From Candidatus Omnitrophota bacterium (GTDB taxonomy: Bacteria; Omnitrophota; Gorgyraeia; Gorgyraeales; Gorgyraeaceae): a DNA stretch of 64,000 nucleotides. Both the position numbers and the translations under genes were made by a program. The stretch's first letter is position 1. Every line of letters begins with the position of its first letter. The notes beneath the pieces are model-generated. The model was not told where the DNA came from, did not search any database, and was given only the letters and a program-made list of their open reading frames with translations. Below, piece by piece: positions 40,559-49,672 of the stretch. The DNA lies in assembly GCA_042571405.1 (NCBI GenBank), contig JBHPHU010000001.1, positions 9,298 through 73,297 on the forward strand. The letters run 5' to 3'.

Positions 40559-41514
40559 TATCTTTTTCGTCCAGGCATGAACGGGTTAGTCCCTGATTTT
40601 TTTCTTTTGGGTAAGCGAGCGGTATCTTGCGCGATAACATTATCTTCCAGGCTTAGTCCGGAAATAATCTCAGCTGTCTGGTCATTGTTCAGACCTATTT
40701 CAACATCACGTTCTTGAGTCTTGCCGCGGTGGTCATTGACAAGAACAAACTGCCTTTTTCCGTCGTAATAAATGACGCTTGAGGGAATAGTTATGACATT
40801 TTCTGCTTTCTTTTCAATTACTTCCACTGTAACACTCATCCCCGAGCGAAGCGTATCAGGTATATCTTTTGGCAAAACATCGACATCATATATTGTAACG
40901 TTATTTATTGTCTCAGACTCATACGCCACATGATCTACCACACCTTCTATTTTGATATCAGGATATGCGTCAAGTGTTATCAATGCTTCCTGGCCCACCT
41001 TTACCCTTCCTATGTCAGTCTCATCAAACTGTCCACTCACTACAAGCCGATCAGATAAAACAAGTACCGCGTCAGAAGTCGCTACTGTCTGCCCCGGTTC
41101 AACAGCGCGCACTATGACCTCGCCGTCTATCGGAGAGATAATAGGCGTCTTTTTATACGCCTCCTCCCAATATTCTAATGTCTCTTCACCCTGTGAACGA
41201 GCAGCATCCACTAAAGCCGCCCTCTCAGTAGAACTCATCCATGCCAGTATGTCACCCTTATTTACATGGATCCCCTCTTTAACCAAAATTTCTTCAATGC
41301 GACCGCTTATAGATGGCTTTAGCTCAAGCCGATTCTGCGGTTCTACAACACCTGTCGTAGTAACAACTATTTCTACGCTACCCATACTTGGATTTATAAT
41401 TTTATCGCTTCCGCCGATAAGCCGATCATCACCGCTTCTTAAGCGAACAATCAAAAATACCACAATACATAATATAATTACTGTCAGAATAAAGCCTTTT
41501 CTGTTTTTAATCAT
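40558..41514 (-). CDS. macA: HlyD/MacA-family periplasmic adaptor
   Basis: N-terminal TM, lipoyl/beta-barrel pattern, operon position between TolC-like and MacB. Confidence 0.75.
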   Translation of the reverse strand: MIKNRKGFILTVIILCIVVFLIVRLRSGDDRLIGGSDKIINPSMGSVEIVVTTTGVVEPQNRLELKPSISGRIEEILVKEGIHVNKGDILAWMSSTERAALVDAARSQGEETLEYWEEAYKKTPIISPIDGEVIVRAVEPGQTVATSDAVLVLSDRLVVSGQFDETDIGRVKVGQEALITLDAYPDIKIEGVVDHVAYESETINNVTIYDVDVLPKDIPDTLRSGMSVTVEVIEKKAENVITIPSSVIYYDGKRQFVLVNDHRGKTQERDVEIGLNNDQTAEIISGLSLEDNVIAQDTARLPKRKKSGTNPFMPGRKR

Positions 41515-42763
41515 ATTCCAATGTCCCTCCTATTGCCTGGATCCAATATGCCTCGGCAATCAGCATAGTCGCCTGAGCATTAAGATATGACTTTTTGGCG
41601 CTCACAAGATTATCTTCTATAATTATCCAATTATCAAATGACATAAGGCCTGTTTCATATTGTGCTTGAGTTATCTTCGCTCTCTCCTCAGCTGCTTCAA
41701 GAAATTTCTTCCTAACAGAAACATTTTCTATGGTGTCCTGCAAGTCTTTCCACATCTCCTCTAGAGTAAGCAAAACACTATCGCGGCCACTTCGCTCATC
41801 TGATTCTGCCTGACGAAGCTTTGATCTGGCCTTGGAGATATCAGCGAAACGGCTCCCGCCTTCGAATATAGGTAAAGATACAGTGGCGCCAAAAGACCAC
41901 GTGTCATTTTCAGGCGACCAGTCGCTACCGGTTTTTCCTGCAGAACCGTTTACATAAACCTTTGGGAAAAAATCAGCTTGATTAGATTTAAGGTCATAAC
42001 GCGCCGATTCTTTCTTAGCGATTAACTCCTGAAGAAACGGCGTGGTATCAGCAAGATCCTCAATGTCAGGTTTAGTCTCATAGTCCTTTGCAACAGAAAA
42101 CTCTCCTTTAACTTTCATGGAATTCAGTTTCTCAAGACCCATTTCTTTTGATAGCTCGCGTTGTGAAAGTATAATACTTCTCTCAGCCTGCCTGAGCTCG
42201 TATTCTGCGCTTGCAAGGTCTGCCTCAGCTGTTAAAAGCGAACCCTTGTGTTCCCTTCCTGCTTCATATCGCAACTTAACAAGTTCAAGATTTTGTCTTC
42301 TACGTTCAGAGATCTCCTCTGTAAGGGAAACTAGCTCCTGTGCCTTCAAAAGCCCGGTAAAGGCATCTCTCAAATCGAGCCTTATGTTAGAAGAGGTTAC
42401 TATAAAATTATACTCTTCTGCCTCAAGAGTCTTCGATGAACTCGATATATTATGCAATGTCTTAAATCCATCGAAAATCAGCTGCTCCCCGGTTACGCTA
42501 TACGAATAAGTATCAGTAGTAACCCCACTTGAAGCCTTCGCGCTTTTGCCTGATAGCGAACCATCTATTTGAGGAAGGGCTGAGCTTATTTCTATGAATT
42601 TGTCTTCTCTTGCTTGTTTGACACCTTCACTGGCAGAAATCAAATCAGGGTGCCTTTTCTTTGCTTCACTCACACAGTCTTCCCACATAAGTATCTCTCG
42701 AGCAGATGAGACACCTGCAAATAAAAATAAATATACAAAAATAATTATATATGCCTTCTTCAT
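41507..42763 (-). CDS. TolC-family outer membrane efflux protein
   Basis: Signal peptide and two tandem coiled-coil/beta repeats typical of outer membrane factors. Confidence 0.75.
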   Translation of the reverse strand: MKKAYIIIFVYLFLFAGVSSAREILMWEDCVSEAKKRHPDLISASEGVKQAREDKFIEISSALPQIDGSLSGKSAKASSGVTTDTYSYSVTGEQLIFDGFKTLHNISSSSKTLEAEEYNFIVTSSNIRLDLRDAFTGLLKAQELVSLTEEISERRRQNLELVKLRYEAGREHKGSLLTAEADLASAEYELRQAERSIILSQRELSKEMGLEKLNSMKVKGEFSVAKDYETKPDIEDLADTTPFLQELIAKKESARYDLKSNQADFFPKVYVNGSAGKTGSDWSPENDTWSFGATVSLPIFEGGSRFADISKARSKLRQAESDERSGRDSVLLTLEEMWKDLQDTIENVSVRKKFLEAAEERAKITQAQYETGLMSFDNWIIIEDNLVSAKKSYLNAQATMLIAEAYWIQAIGGTLEYD

Positions 42764-42775
42764 CTTTCTACTTTT

Positions 42776-43018
42776 TCATCCAACAATACGCAACGCAAAA
42801 TACGGGACAATATTAAATACAAACACGGCTATTTTGAAAAATGCTATGCCGGCATAATGAATTGTATCAAAGCTTTCTACCGACAGCTTAAACCATTTGC
42901 TATGAAACCGGTAGACCCAATCATGTAACACCGTAATAGCAAAAAACCACCACAGAAGCAGTCCCATATTAATTATCGAACACCATCCTAGTGTTGCGCG
43001 CATCATCTCAATTGTCAT
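42776..43018 (-). CDS. small two-TM membrane protein
   Basis: 80 aa, GAGGAGG RBS upstream, hydrophobic helices. Confidence 0.45.
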   Translation of the reverse strand: MTIEMMRATLGWCSIINMGLLLWWFFAITVLHDWVYRFHSKWFKLSVESFDTIHYAGIAFFKIAVFVFNIVPYFALRIVG

Positions 43019-43098
43019 TTAACACCTCCTCTTTCAATGTATTATATTCCAAATAAAATCCCCTTGCAACTTAATTTATTGCAAGGGGTTAGAAAGAG

Positions 43099-43134
43099 TG
43101 GCTCCACCTATATAGCGCATTTCGCAACTGGTTG
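43099..43134 (-). repeat. tRNA-3'-half-like boundary element, copy a
   Basis: Minus sense: caaccagttgcgaaatgcgctatataggtggagcca. It is followed by the terminator hairpin at 43060-88 plus a T-run. Confidence 0.7.
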
Positions 43135-43182
43135 GATTCAGGGGAAGCTGGAAAAACTGTCAAAAGAATTAGTGTTTATCGG

Positions 43183-43560
43183 CTAAATATCATCTTTTGT
43201 AATCCAACTAATAGCATTATCATAATTCTCAAATACTTTAGTTATATTCCCTGTTTTTATCTTATCGCCTTGAGACCACAGTTTATGCCATCCGTCAGAC
43301 AATCCAACATTAACTACAATGGCTGACTTTCCATTCCCAATTTTTTCTTCGTTTTTCTTATGAAAGGTTCTTATTTTTTGCAAATCATCAAAAGACACTT
43401 TGTTAAATTCCAGAGCTGTGTGGTCAAATACTACATTGCAATTTTGCGAAAAATAAGGATGGCGCAACAAGTCTTCTGCCATCTTAATGAAATCCTCAGC
43501 ATTCATCCTGCCGCTTGTCTTTACAACAAGTAATTTAGTATAGTTTATTTTATAATTCAT
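43183..43560 (-). CDS. hypothetical protein (single-gene cassette)
   Basis: 125-aa ORF bounded by element copies a and b. No motif recognised. Confidence 0.5.
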   Translation of the reverse strand: MNYKINYTKLLVVKTSGRMNAEDFIKMAEDLLRHPYFSQNCNVVFDHTALEFNKVSFDDLQKIRTFHKKNEEKIGNGKSAIVVNVGLSDGWHKLWSQGDKIKTGNITKVFENYDNAISWITKDDI

Positions 43561-43622
43561 TTTCTTATTTTACTCCAAAACAAAACTCTCCACAACTATT
43601 TTAATTGCAGAGTGTTACGTAG

Positions 43623-43658
43623 TGGCTCTCTGTATTAAATGAGTTTCGCAACTGGTTA
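43623..43658 (-). repeat. tRNA-3'-half-like boundary element, copy b
   Basis: Minus sense: taaccagttgcgaaactcatttaatacagagagcca, then the hairpin ctctgcaa..ttgtggagag plus a T-run. Confidence 0.7.
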
Positions 43659-43936
43659 CACCTGAAAGGAGCCAACCTATTTACTCAAAAATCAGCTAAT
43701 TTGATTGTGATTTAAGGATTTTAAAAAAGCTCTCGTTAGAGCTTTCTTGTAGGATTATCGCTCAGAGGCATGCAAAAATTAAGAAACTTGTCCCTTTTAC
43801 TCACAGAAAGTTCTCTTAACTGCTTATAAAATATTGCCTTAACCAAAGTAGAATGTATCATGTCAACTGTCATAAGTATTAAAGATTTTATGTCCATTGT
43901 GAGCTACTCTACTTTTAGGAAATGGGTTAATAATGC

Positions 43937-45196
43937 CTATATATAGTTTTGCATCTTCATATAACATTTTATCTGTTTATCTCTTAATTCTTGATCCACA
44001 ATTGGGACTACTTCTCTTATATGTTGAGGAAGCCCATAATCAGTTTCTTTTAATGTATCTATACGTATAACCCTGCAGGCCTTTTTAATCAATTGAAAAT
44101 AAGGCACTTCTATTTCAGGAAGTTTTATCGGAAATTTATCGCTCATATCTGGGGAGCCTGGTGATGCTCCAGCAATATCATCTGTAACAAAGTAAGATTT
44201 TCTTTTTTTCATTTTCTTTTCATAAAGAAAAGTTATAATATTACCTAATCTTTGACTTACATTACTAGAATATTCCGAAACAAGATTCTGACCTGCCCGC
44301 AAATAAACCGCATTAAGGCTTTTATCGGAGATAAGCTCGTCAATAACGGGTTCGTAAATGGGGGGATAAGCAAGATTTACACTAACAAACGTGATTGCAT
44401 ACCACTCTTTCTTGTTACCGGGATATTTCAATTGAAATTTTATACGCGGGTGCCCCTTTTCTTCGTCAACTTTAATATTTGCAACATCAGCACCAATACC
44501 GTAAAAATCCAATGCTAAATGTTCCAGAGTATGATCCAAACTCATTAAATTGGGAAATAAGCTAAGTCCGTTTTTAAATCTATATTCAAGCCCAGGAGCA
44601 TTTTTTTGTTTTAATTTCTCTATTTTATCTTGGCTTAAATTTTCAAAGTATTCCTTAAATCGCGCAGTAACTTCTTTATTTTTACCTAAAGCTCCATACA
44701 TTCCATCCTGATAAAAAGCCATAAAATATCCTATTCGAGCATTAAAAGATCGCATGAAATTAATAACGTCATACGCTGCTCCCAGATAAACAGCGGTATA
44801 TTCAGGATCATCATCTGGGTTTACAATTCTCTTAATCTCCATATCATGAAAAAGATATGAAACATCCAACATATCTGTTGCAATACCAATATTGAGTTTT
44901 TTGGCAATTGCAAGCCGTTTTTCAGAAGATGTTTCTCCTGCAAGCCGTACAAGAAGATTCTCTTTTTCATCCTCGACAAACAAAACAGGTTTTTTCAATA
45001 TATTTTTCTTATTAATAACTTGTTGCATCCTATTTTTGCTATCCAAGGTACTATATTTTAGGGGAATACGAAGCGTGGTGACCCTAGTATTTGACATAAG
45101 AGATAATCTTAGATACCTATCAGCACTATAAGCTGCAGCTGAAAATAAAACCACAAACAATATTATTAAAGTTAACTGTTTTTTAATCCTTATCAT
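43937..45196 (-). CDS. secreted hypothetical protein
   Basis: Signal peptide MIRIKKQLTLIILFVVLFSAAAYSA. Start at 45196 behind GGGTGGA. Its translation-initiation region is shared with 29067-30170. Confidence 0.6.
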   Translation of the reverse strand: MIRIKKQLTLIILFVVLFSAAAYSADRYLRLSLMSNTRVTTLRIPLKYSTLDSKNRMQQVINKKNILKKPVLFVEDEKENLLVRLAGETSSEKRLAIAKKLNIGIATDMLDVSYLFHDMEIKRIVNPDDDPEYTAVYLGAAYDVINFMRSFNARIGYFMAFYQDGMYGALGKNKEVTARFKEYFENLSQDKIEKLKQKNAPGLEYRFKNGLSLFPNLMSLDHTLEHLALDFYGIGADVANIKVDEEKGHPRIKFQLKYPGNKKEWYAITFVSVNLAYPPIYEPVIDELISDKSLNAVYLRAGQNLVSEYSSNVSQRLGNIITFLYEKKMKKRKSYFVTDDIAGASPGSPDMSDKFPIKLPEIEVPYFQLIKKACRVIRIDTLKETDYGLPQHIREVVPIVDQELRDKQIKCYMKMQNYI

Positions 45197-45354
45197 AATC
45201 CACCCAAAAAACAACCCTTTCTCAAGAGTTGAGTTAATCTACTTATTCAATTATAAGTATACCACAAATATTGCTTATTTACAAAAAAATAACCTGCCAA
45301 AAATGACAGGTTACCCTAGTCGTTACTTATTGTAAATAAATGAGTTACAAGTAG

Positions 45355-45390
45355 TGGCTCCCCGTATTGGACGAGTTTCGTAACTGGCTA
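45355..45390 (-). repeat. tRNA-3'-half-like boundary element, copy c
   Basis: Minus sense: tagccagttacgaaactcgtccaatacggggagcca. It is followed by the two-hairpin module at 45290-45347. Confidence 0.7.
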
Positions 45391-45460
45391 ATTAGTATAA
45401 AAAATTAATATTCCACTTTCTATGCTTCTTTTGTGGTATACTGCAAGAAAAGGAGAAACC

Positions 45461-45619
45461 ATGAAAGAAATTGCCTCGATTAAAAAAAAGAGAATCTGTA
45501 AGTTACTTCACTGTAAGAGTGTTTTAAGTATTTACAACCGTGGGGAGTACTGTTATTTCCACAAGAGAGAAGTTTTTAATAAAAAATCTCATCCATTATC
45601 CAGCATCAGCGCCAGTTAA
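45461..45619 (+). CDS. small Cys/His-rich protein
   Basis: Strong RBS (AAAGGAGAAACC then ATG). 52 aa with C..C...C.FH pattern. One of the few plus-strand ORFs in the array. Confidence 0.4.
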   Translation: MKEIASIKKKRICKLLHCKSVLSIYNRGEYCYFHKREVFNKKSHPLSSISAS

Positions 45620-45720
45620 CAATACAAACTTTAAGAACCCTGCCCTCTTATTTTTACATACTGCAACATAAACAAAAAACCCCTTGCAACTTATTTAGTT
45701 ACGAGGGGGGTTAAAAGTAG

Positions 45721-45752
45721 TGGCTCTCCCAAGACTACGACTTTCGCAATAC
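45721..45752 (-). repeat. tRNA-3'-half-like boundary element, copy d (subfamily with copy i)
   Basis: Minus sense: gtattgcgaaagtcgtagtcttgggagagcca, then the hairpin cccctcgtaac..gttgcaagggg plus a T-run. Confidence 0.6.
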
Positions 45753-45787
45753 TTCGGTAAGCTCAGTGCAAGCTTTTTTGGAGGAGT

Positions 45788-46000
45788 TTAGGGATTATTG
45801 CTTATCGCAAAAGCATGGTGATGAGTAATAACCCCACTTGCCATTCTTTCAGTAAATGGCAGCGCAAGGACATGTTGCTTTGGATGATTCTCAAAAGCCT
45901 GTTTGGTTATCTCAAATATTGCATTTATCTCTGATTCTTTCTCTGCGCGGATAATCAAAGTGAACCCTCCAAATAATATAAATTCTACTCCAAAACACAA
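45788..46000 (-). pseudogene. possible GNAT acetyltransferase N-terminal fragment
   Basis: IIRAEKESEINAIFEITKQAF resembles a GNAT N-terminus, but the ORF is only 70 aa. Confidence 0.3.
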
Positions 46001-46083
46001 CCCTCTGCTACTATATTAGTCGCAGAGGGTTATAAAAAGTTTTATATATTATGTTTGGCTACGTAGTTTCTTTAAAAAATTTA

Positions 46084-46347
46084 TTACTCCCAGTCTTCCA
46101 AATCGTCCCAGCCCGGCCCATCAGGAATACCGTCTCCTGAGTTTGGTGCTGGCCCTGGGCTCTTCCCTGTATCTGAGCCATTGGGGCCATTTGGTGTGTC
46201 AAGACCGCTGCCATCAGGAATTCCATCTCCTGAATTTGTTGCTGGTCCAGGACTATTCCCTGAATCAGCAGCCATCGCGGAGCCAATACCAACTAATAAT
46301 AAAGCCATTAACATTGATAAAACCAATATTTTCTTCATGCTTTTCAC
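46084..46347 (-). CDS. small secreted Gly/Pro/Asp-rich repeat protein
   Basis: Signal peptide plus two SPGPA[TP]NSGDGIPDG[SP]G repeats and a GGAGG RBS. Other frames in this GC-rich patch are rejected. Confidence 0.5.
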   Translation of the reverse strand: MKSMKKILVLSMLMALLLVGIGSAMAADSGNSPGPATNSGDGIPDGSGLDTPNGPNGSDTGKSPGPAPNSGDGIPDGPGWDDLEDWE

Positions 46348-46456
46348 CTCCTTATCTGAATATTTTTTATTATATGTCCGCTACATGCTGAATGTCAAGG
46401 CTTATAAAAAATAAGCCCTCTACACCAAAAGTTTGGTGAGAGCGCTTACCGATATG

Positions 46457-46497
46457 TGGCTCCCCCCCCCCTATATGACGCATTTAGCAACTGGTTG
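46457..46497 (-). repeat. tRNA-3'-half-like boundary element, copy e (contains a G10 run)
   Basis: Minus sense: caaccagttgctaaatgcgtcatatag-G10-agcca, followed by the terminator at 46401-46447. Confidence 0.65.
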
Positions 46498-46539
46498 TGG
46501 CAGGATTTAGCTCTATAAATAAGGTACTCTAAGAATATT

Positions 46540-46908
46540 TTACCCTATGAACTTTCTTACTTTACTCAATAATTCCTCTGGCTCAAACGGTTTCATTATA
46601 CAATTATCCGCGCCCATTTCTTTTATCTTCTCAGGAAGTTTGGAGCGAATGGCACTGGCAGTAAACAAAATAATGGGAATATGTTTAAATTTGTCATCAG
46701 ATTTTAGCTTTTTACAAAGTTCATCCCCCTGCATTTTGGGTAAGAGTAAATCCAGTAATATTAAATCACAAACATCATTTTGCAGAAAGGCTATCGCCCC
46801 CTCTGCGTCAACTGCAGATATAATTTCATACCCTGAATGCTTTAATCTCATTGTTGCAACATCCATTATATCCGGCTCATCATCAACAATAAGTATTTTT
46901 TTTGCCAT
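46540..46908 (-). CDS. response regulator receiver protein
   Basis: KILIVDDEPD, LILLDLLLP, receiver-only domain. Start MAKKIL at 46908. Confidence 0.85.
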   Translation of the reverse strand: MAKKILIVDDEPDIMDVATMRLKHSGYEIISAVDAEGAIAFLQNDVCDLILLDLLLPKMQGDELCKKLKSDDKFKHIPIILFTASAIRSKLPEKIKEMGADNCIMKPFEPEELLSKVRKFIG

Positions 46909-46909
46909 A

Positions 46910-48118
46910 TTATATCCTCCGCTCTTCAATAGGCAAGATAAAATAAAAAGCTGTGCCCTTACCAAATTCTGATTCTGCCCAGATTTTTCCTTTATGCGCT
47001 TCTATTATTTTCTTACAAATGGAAAGTCCCAAGCCCGTACCTCCTACTCTTCTTTGTAGTTGCGTGAATTCTTGAAATAGTTTTTGTATGTCTTTTTTTT
47101 CGACGCCTATACCCGTATCTTTAACCATGACTTGAATAAAATTATCTCCTCTATTAGTACTAACAGTAATACCGCCCTTTTCTGTAAATTTAAGGGCATT
47201 ATTTATCAAATTGGTTAAAACTTGAATGATTTTATCCTTATCTAACTTCACTTGAGGGAGATTGTCGTAAAGTTGAACCTCTAAAGTTAGGCCCTTCTCC
47301 TTAGATAAGAGCACCATTGCATTGCATATGCTCTTAACTATCTCATTTATATCGCTATTTTCTATTTTAAACTCCATTTTTCTGGCTTCAAGTTTCTGAA
47401 AATCTAAAACTGCGGTAATTAATCTATCTAATCTATCCACATTATTTTTGGCCATATTCAAATACTTGCCTTGCTCCTCATTGATATCACCGATTAACTT
47501 ATTTAAAACTATACAGATCACTTCTTTGATAACGGCAAGCGGTGTTCTTAATTCGTGAGAAACCATGCCTGTAAACTGCATCCTTATACGCGAAACCTCT
47601 TGCAAATCGCCCATCATATGGAGCATTGCCCTTCGCATTCTGATTAAGTTTTCATTGCGCTCTTCAGTTTCTATTTTATTCTCTTCCAAATCTTTTATAA
47701 TTGCCATAGTCTGGCGCATATCTCTGGCCACACCCACAATGCCGATAACCTTGTTATCCTGCAGCATCTGCCCACACTTAAAATTTACAGGTATAGCCTC
47801 GCCTTGTTTTGTAATGCAAGTCAAACTAATATTATATGTCGAGCCTACAGTAACTATGCTTTCGAAGTATACTTGTAATATTTTTTCTTCTTGTAGAAAA
47901 ATTTTTTTCACTGGTTGGCCGATAAGCTCATCTTCCTGATAATCCAATAAATCCAATACGGCTTTATTTACTGACCTTATCGTGGCATCAAGATTGACTA
48001 CGATCAGAGCATCCATCATTGAGGACATAATACAGTCTAAATACATTTTTTCCTCAAGTTTATTTTCTTTTTTTTCTTTAATGGTAGCTATTTTTCTGGC
48101 CATGTTTTTAAGTATCAT
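46910..48118 (-). CDS. PAS-domain sensor histidine kinase
   Basis: H-box SHELRTPL and N/G boxes (NLINNALKFT, DTGIGV, GGTGLGLSI). Confidence 0.9.
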   Translation of the reverse strand: MILKNMARKIATIKEKKENKLEEKMYLDCIMSSMMDALIVVNLDATIRSVNKAVLDLLDYQEDELIGQPVKKIFLQEEKILQVYFESIVTVGSTYNISLTCITKQGEAIPVNFKCGQMLQDNKVIGIVGVARDMRQTMAIIKDLEENKIETEERNENLIRMRRAMLHMMGDLQEVSRIRMQFTGMVSHELRTPLAVIKEVICIVLNKLIGDINEEQGKYLNMAKNNVDRLDRLITAVLDFQKLEARKMEFKIENSDINEIVKSICNAMVLLSKEKGLTLEVQLYDNLPQVKLDKDKIIQVLTNLINNALKFTEKGGITVSTNRGDNFIQVMVKDTGIGVEKKDIQKLFQEFTQLQRRVGGTGLGLSICKKIIEAHKGKIWAESEFGKGTAFYFILPIEERRI

Positions 48119-49055
48119 CCTGCTTTCGGCTTTTCCTCAAGCTCTTTTAACTTCTTCTCTAATTCTTCCATCTTCAACTCCCTATCTACGGAAAATTTAC
48201 TGAACCGCTCTAAGTCCTGCATCTTCTCGCTTAACTCCTTCTGTATTTTTTTACGCTCGGAGATATCGCTAATGTTACATTGGACAACTTTTGCCTTGTT
48301 GACTAAAAAAACTTCAGAGTTCAATGCCGGGCCTTTTTTGGTTTTTATTGGTGTGTCTTTGTAATGTATTACACCTTCTCTTTCTAATCTAAACATCATC
48401 TCTCGAAAGGCTTTCTCATTTTTAATCACTCCTAAGTCCCAGAGCTTCTTTTTCAAAAACTCCTCTTTGGAATAACCTAGCAATTTCTGGGCTATTTCAT
48501 TAGCATTAAGGACGGTGGCTTCGATTTTGTGAATAAGCAATAATACATTATGCGATGTCTCAAAAGCCCTGTGATAGCGCTCTTCGGACTCCTCCAATTC
48601 TTTCTGTAAATTCTTACGTTCGGTTATGTCTTCAATAGCCAGTAAGATTAACTCTTCTTCTGTTGCTGTTGCAGTAACTCCTTTCACTATTATTGATGCT
48701 ACTTGCCCAGGGATGCGCAACTGACAGACATTTAGGCTCATTATTCTCTGTCCAATTTTCTCAAATTTATGGGCTACTTCATAATTGTTCACAACTTTTT
48801 TTTTGGTAAGACTTCTTTTAATAGTTTGATCAGCTCAGGTACATTCCATTGCTTATCATCTAAATCATAGAAAAACTGGCCTATTGTATCTTGTTTTTTA
48901 GCCTTAAAAGTGTTATAGAAAGCTTCGTTAGCAGAAATAACCCGCAATTTTTTATCCAACACTAAAAACGGCTCTCTTAGAGTAGAGATAATGCGATTGC
49001 CATAATCTAAGGCTGCTTTAATTTCTAACTCTTTACCCTGGTTTTTATCTTTCAT
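48115..49055 (-). pseudogene. PAS sensor protein split by a frameshift in an A9 run (or slippage-dependent gene)
   Basis: ORFs 48789-49055 and 48115-48792 together reconstitute one PAS domain matching the N-terminus of 49673-51277. They are separated by the run at 48796-48804. One extra A restores ...LPKKKVVNNYEV... Confidence 0.6.
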
Positions 49056-49101
49056 TTTTCAATCCCTCCTTTTTTTATGTCCTTATTCTTTTACGGATTT
49101 T

Positions 49102-49479
49102 CTAAAGAGTTTCTTCATTTAATAATCCCTCCACTTTATGTATGAATTCTGTGGGATGGAATGGCTTTACTATAACGTCTTTTACTCCAAGTACTAAGGC
49201 ATCATCTTTCATCTTTTCATTTTTTGCTTCAGTAACAATGATAGCGGGAATATCTTTTAGCCTGTCATCGTTTCTGACTCTTGACAATAGCTCGCAGCCG
49301 TCCATCACAGGCATCATCAGATCTACAACTAGCACGTCAAACTTTTCTTTTTTGAGTACGCTAAGGGCTTCTTTGCCGTTAGCAACAACTTTCACCGCAT
49401 ACCCTTTAAACCGCAGAGCCAGGTTTACGATCTTTATGGCCATTGTCGAATCATCCGCTATTAATATTCTCTTACTCAT
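49102..49479 (-). CDS. response regulator receiver protein
   Basis: ILIADDS, VLVVDLMMP, KP motifs, 125 aa. Confidence 0.85.
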   Translation of the reverse strand: MSKRILIADDSTMAIKIVNLALRFKGYAVKVVANGKEALSVLKKEKFDVLVVDLMMPVMDGCELLSRVRNDDRLKDIPAIIVTEAKNEKMKDDALVLGVKDVIVKPFHPTEFIHKVEGLLNEETL

Positions 49480-49672
49480 TGAATATACCTATCTTTTCAA
49501 TGACATTAACAGTGCCGAATCTATTGTCATTACATTCTCTCATAATACATAGAGTAATAATGATAAACGTTTTCTTGCTTCAAATCGAAGTATATGTATT
49601 TTTATTTAATGTGACAATGAGGAAATAACAGGTAGGTAATGGGTATGATAAATACCTACTAAGGCTTTTCTT

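Noticed and set aside
43050-43134. Integron attC interpretation of hairpin plus element
   Set aside because: No RYYYAAC / GTTRRRY core pair in the right geometry, no intI or attI in the window, and the hairpins behave as minus-sense RNA terminators (G.U pairs plus a T-run). Only the cassette-like organisation is retained as an analogy.
45355-45390. Reading the plus-strand TGGCTCCCC..TTGG of the boundary elements as sigma54 -24/-12 promoters
   Set aside because: The spacing is off by one, the -12 GC is not conserved (TTGG, TTAG, TTAA), and no plus-strand genes follow.
46547-46972. 141-aa plus-strand ORF antisense to the response regulator (similar cases: 1018-1605 minus, 40952-41590 plus, 63138-63620 plus, 36133-36495 plus)
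   Set aside because: These are shadow ORFs opposite well-supported genes, with no motifs and no RBS.
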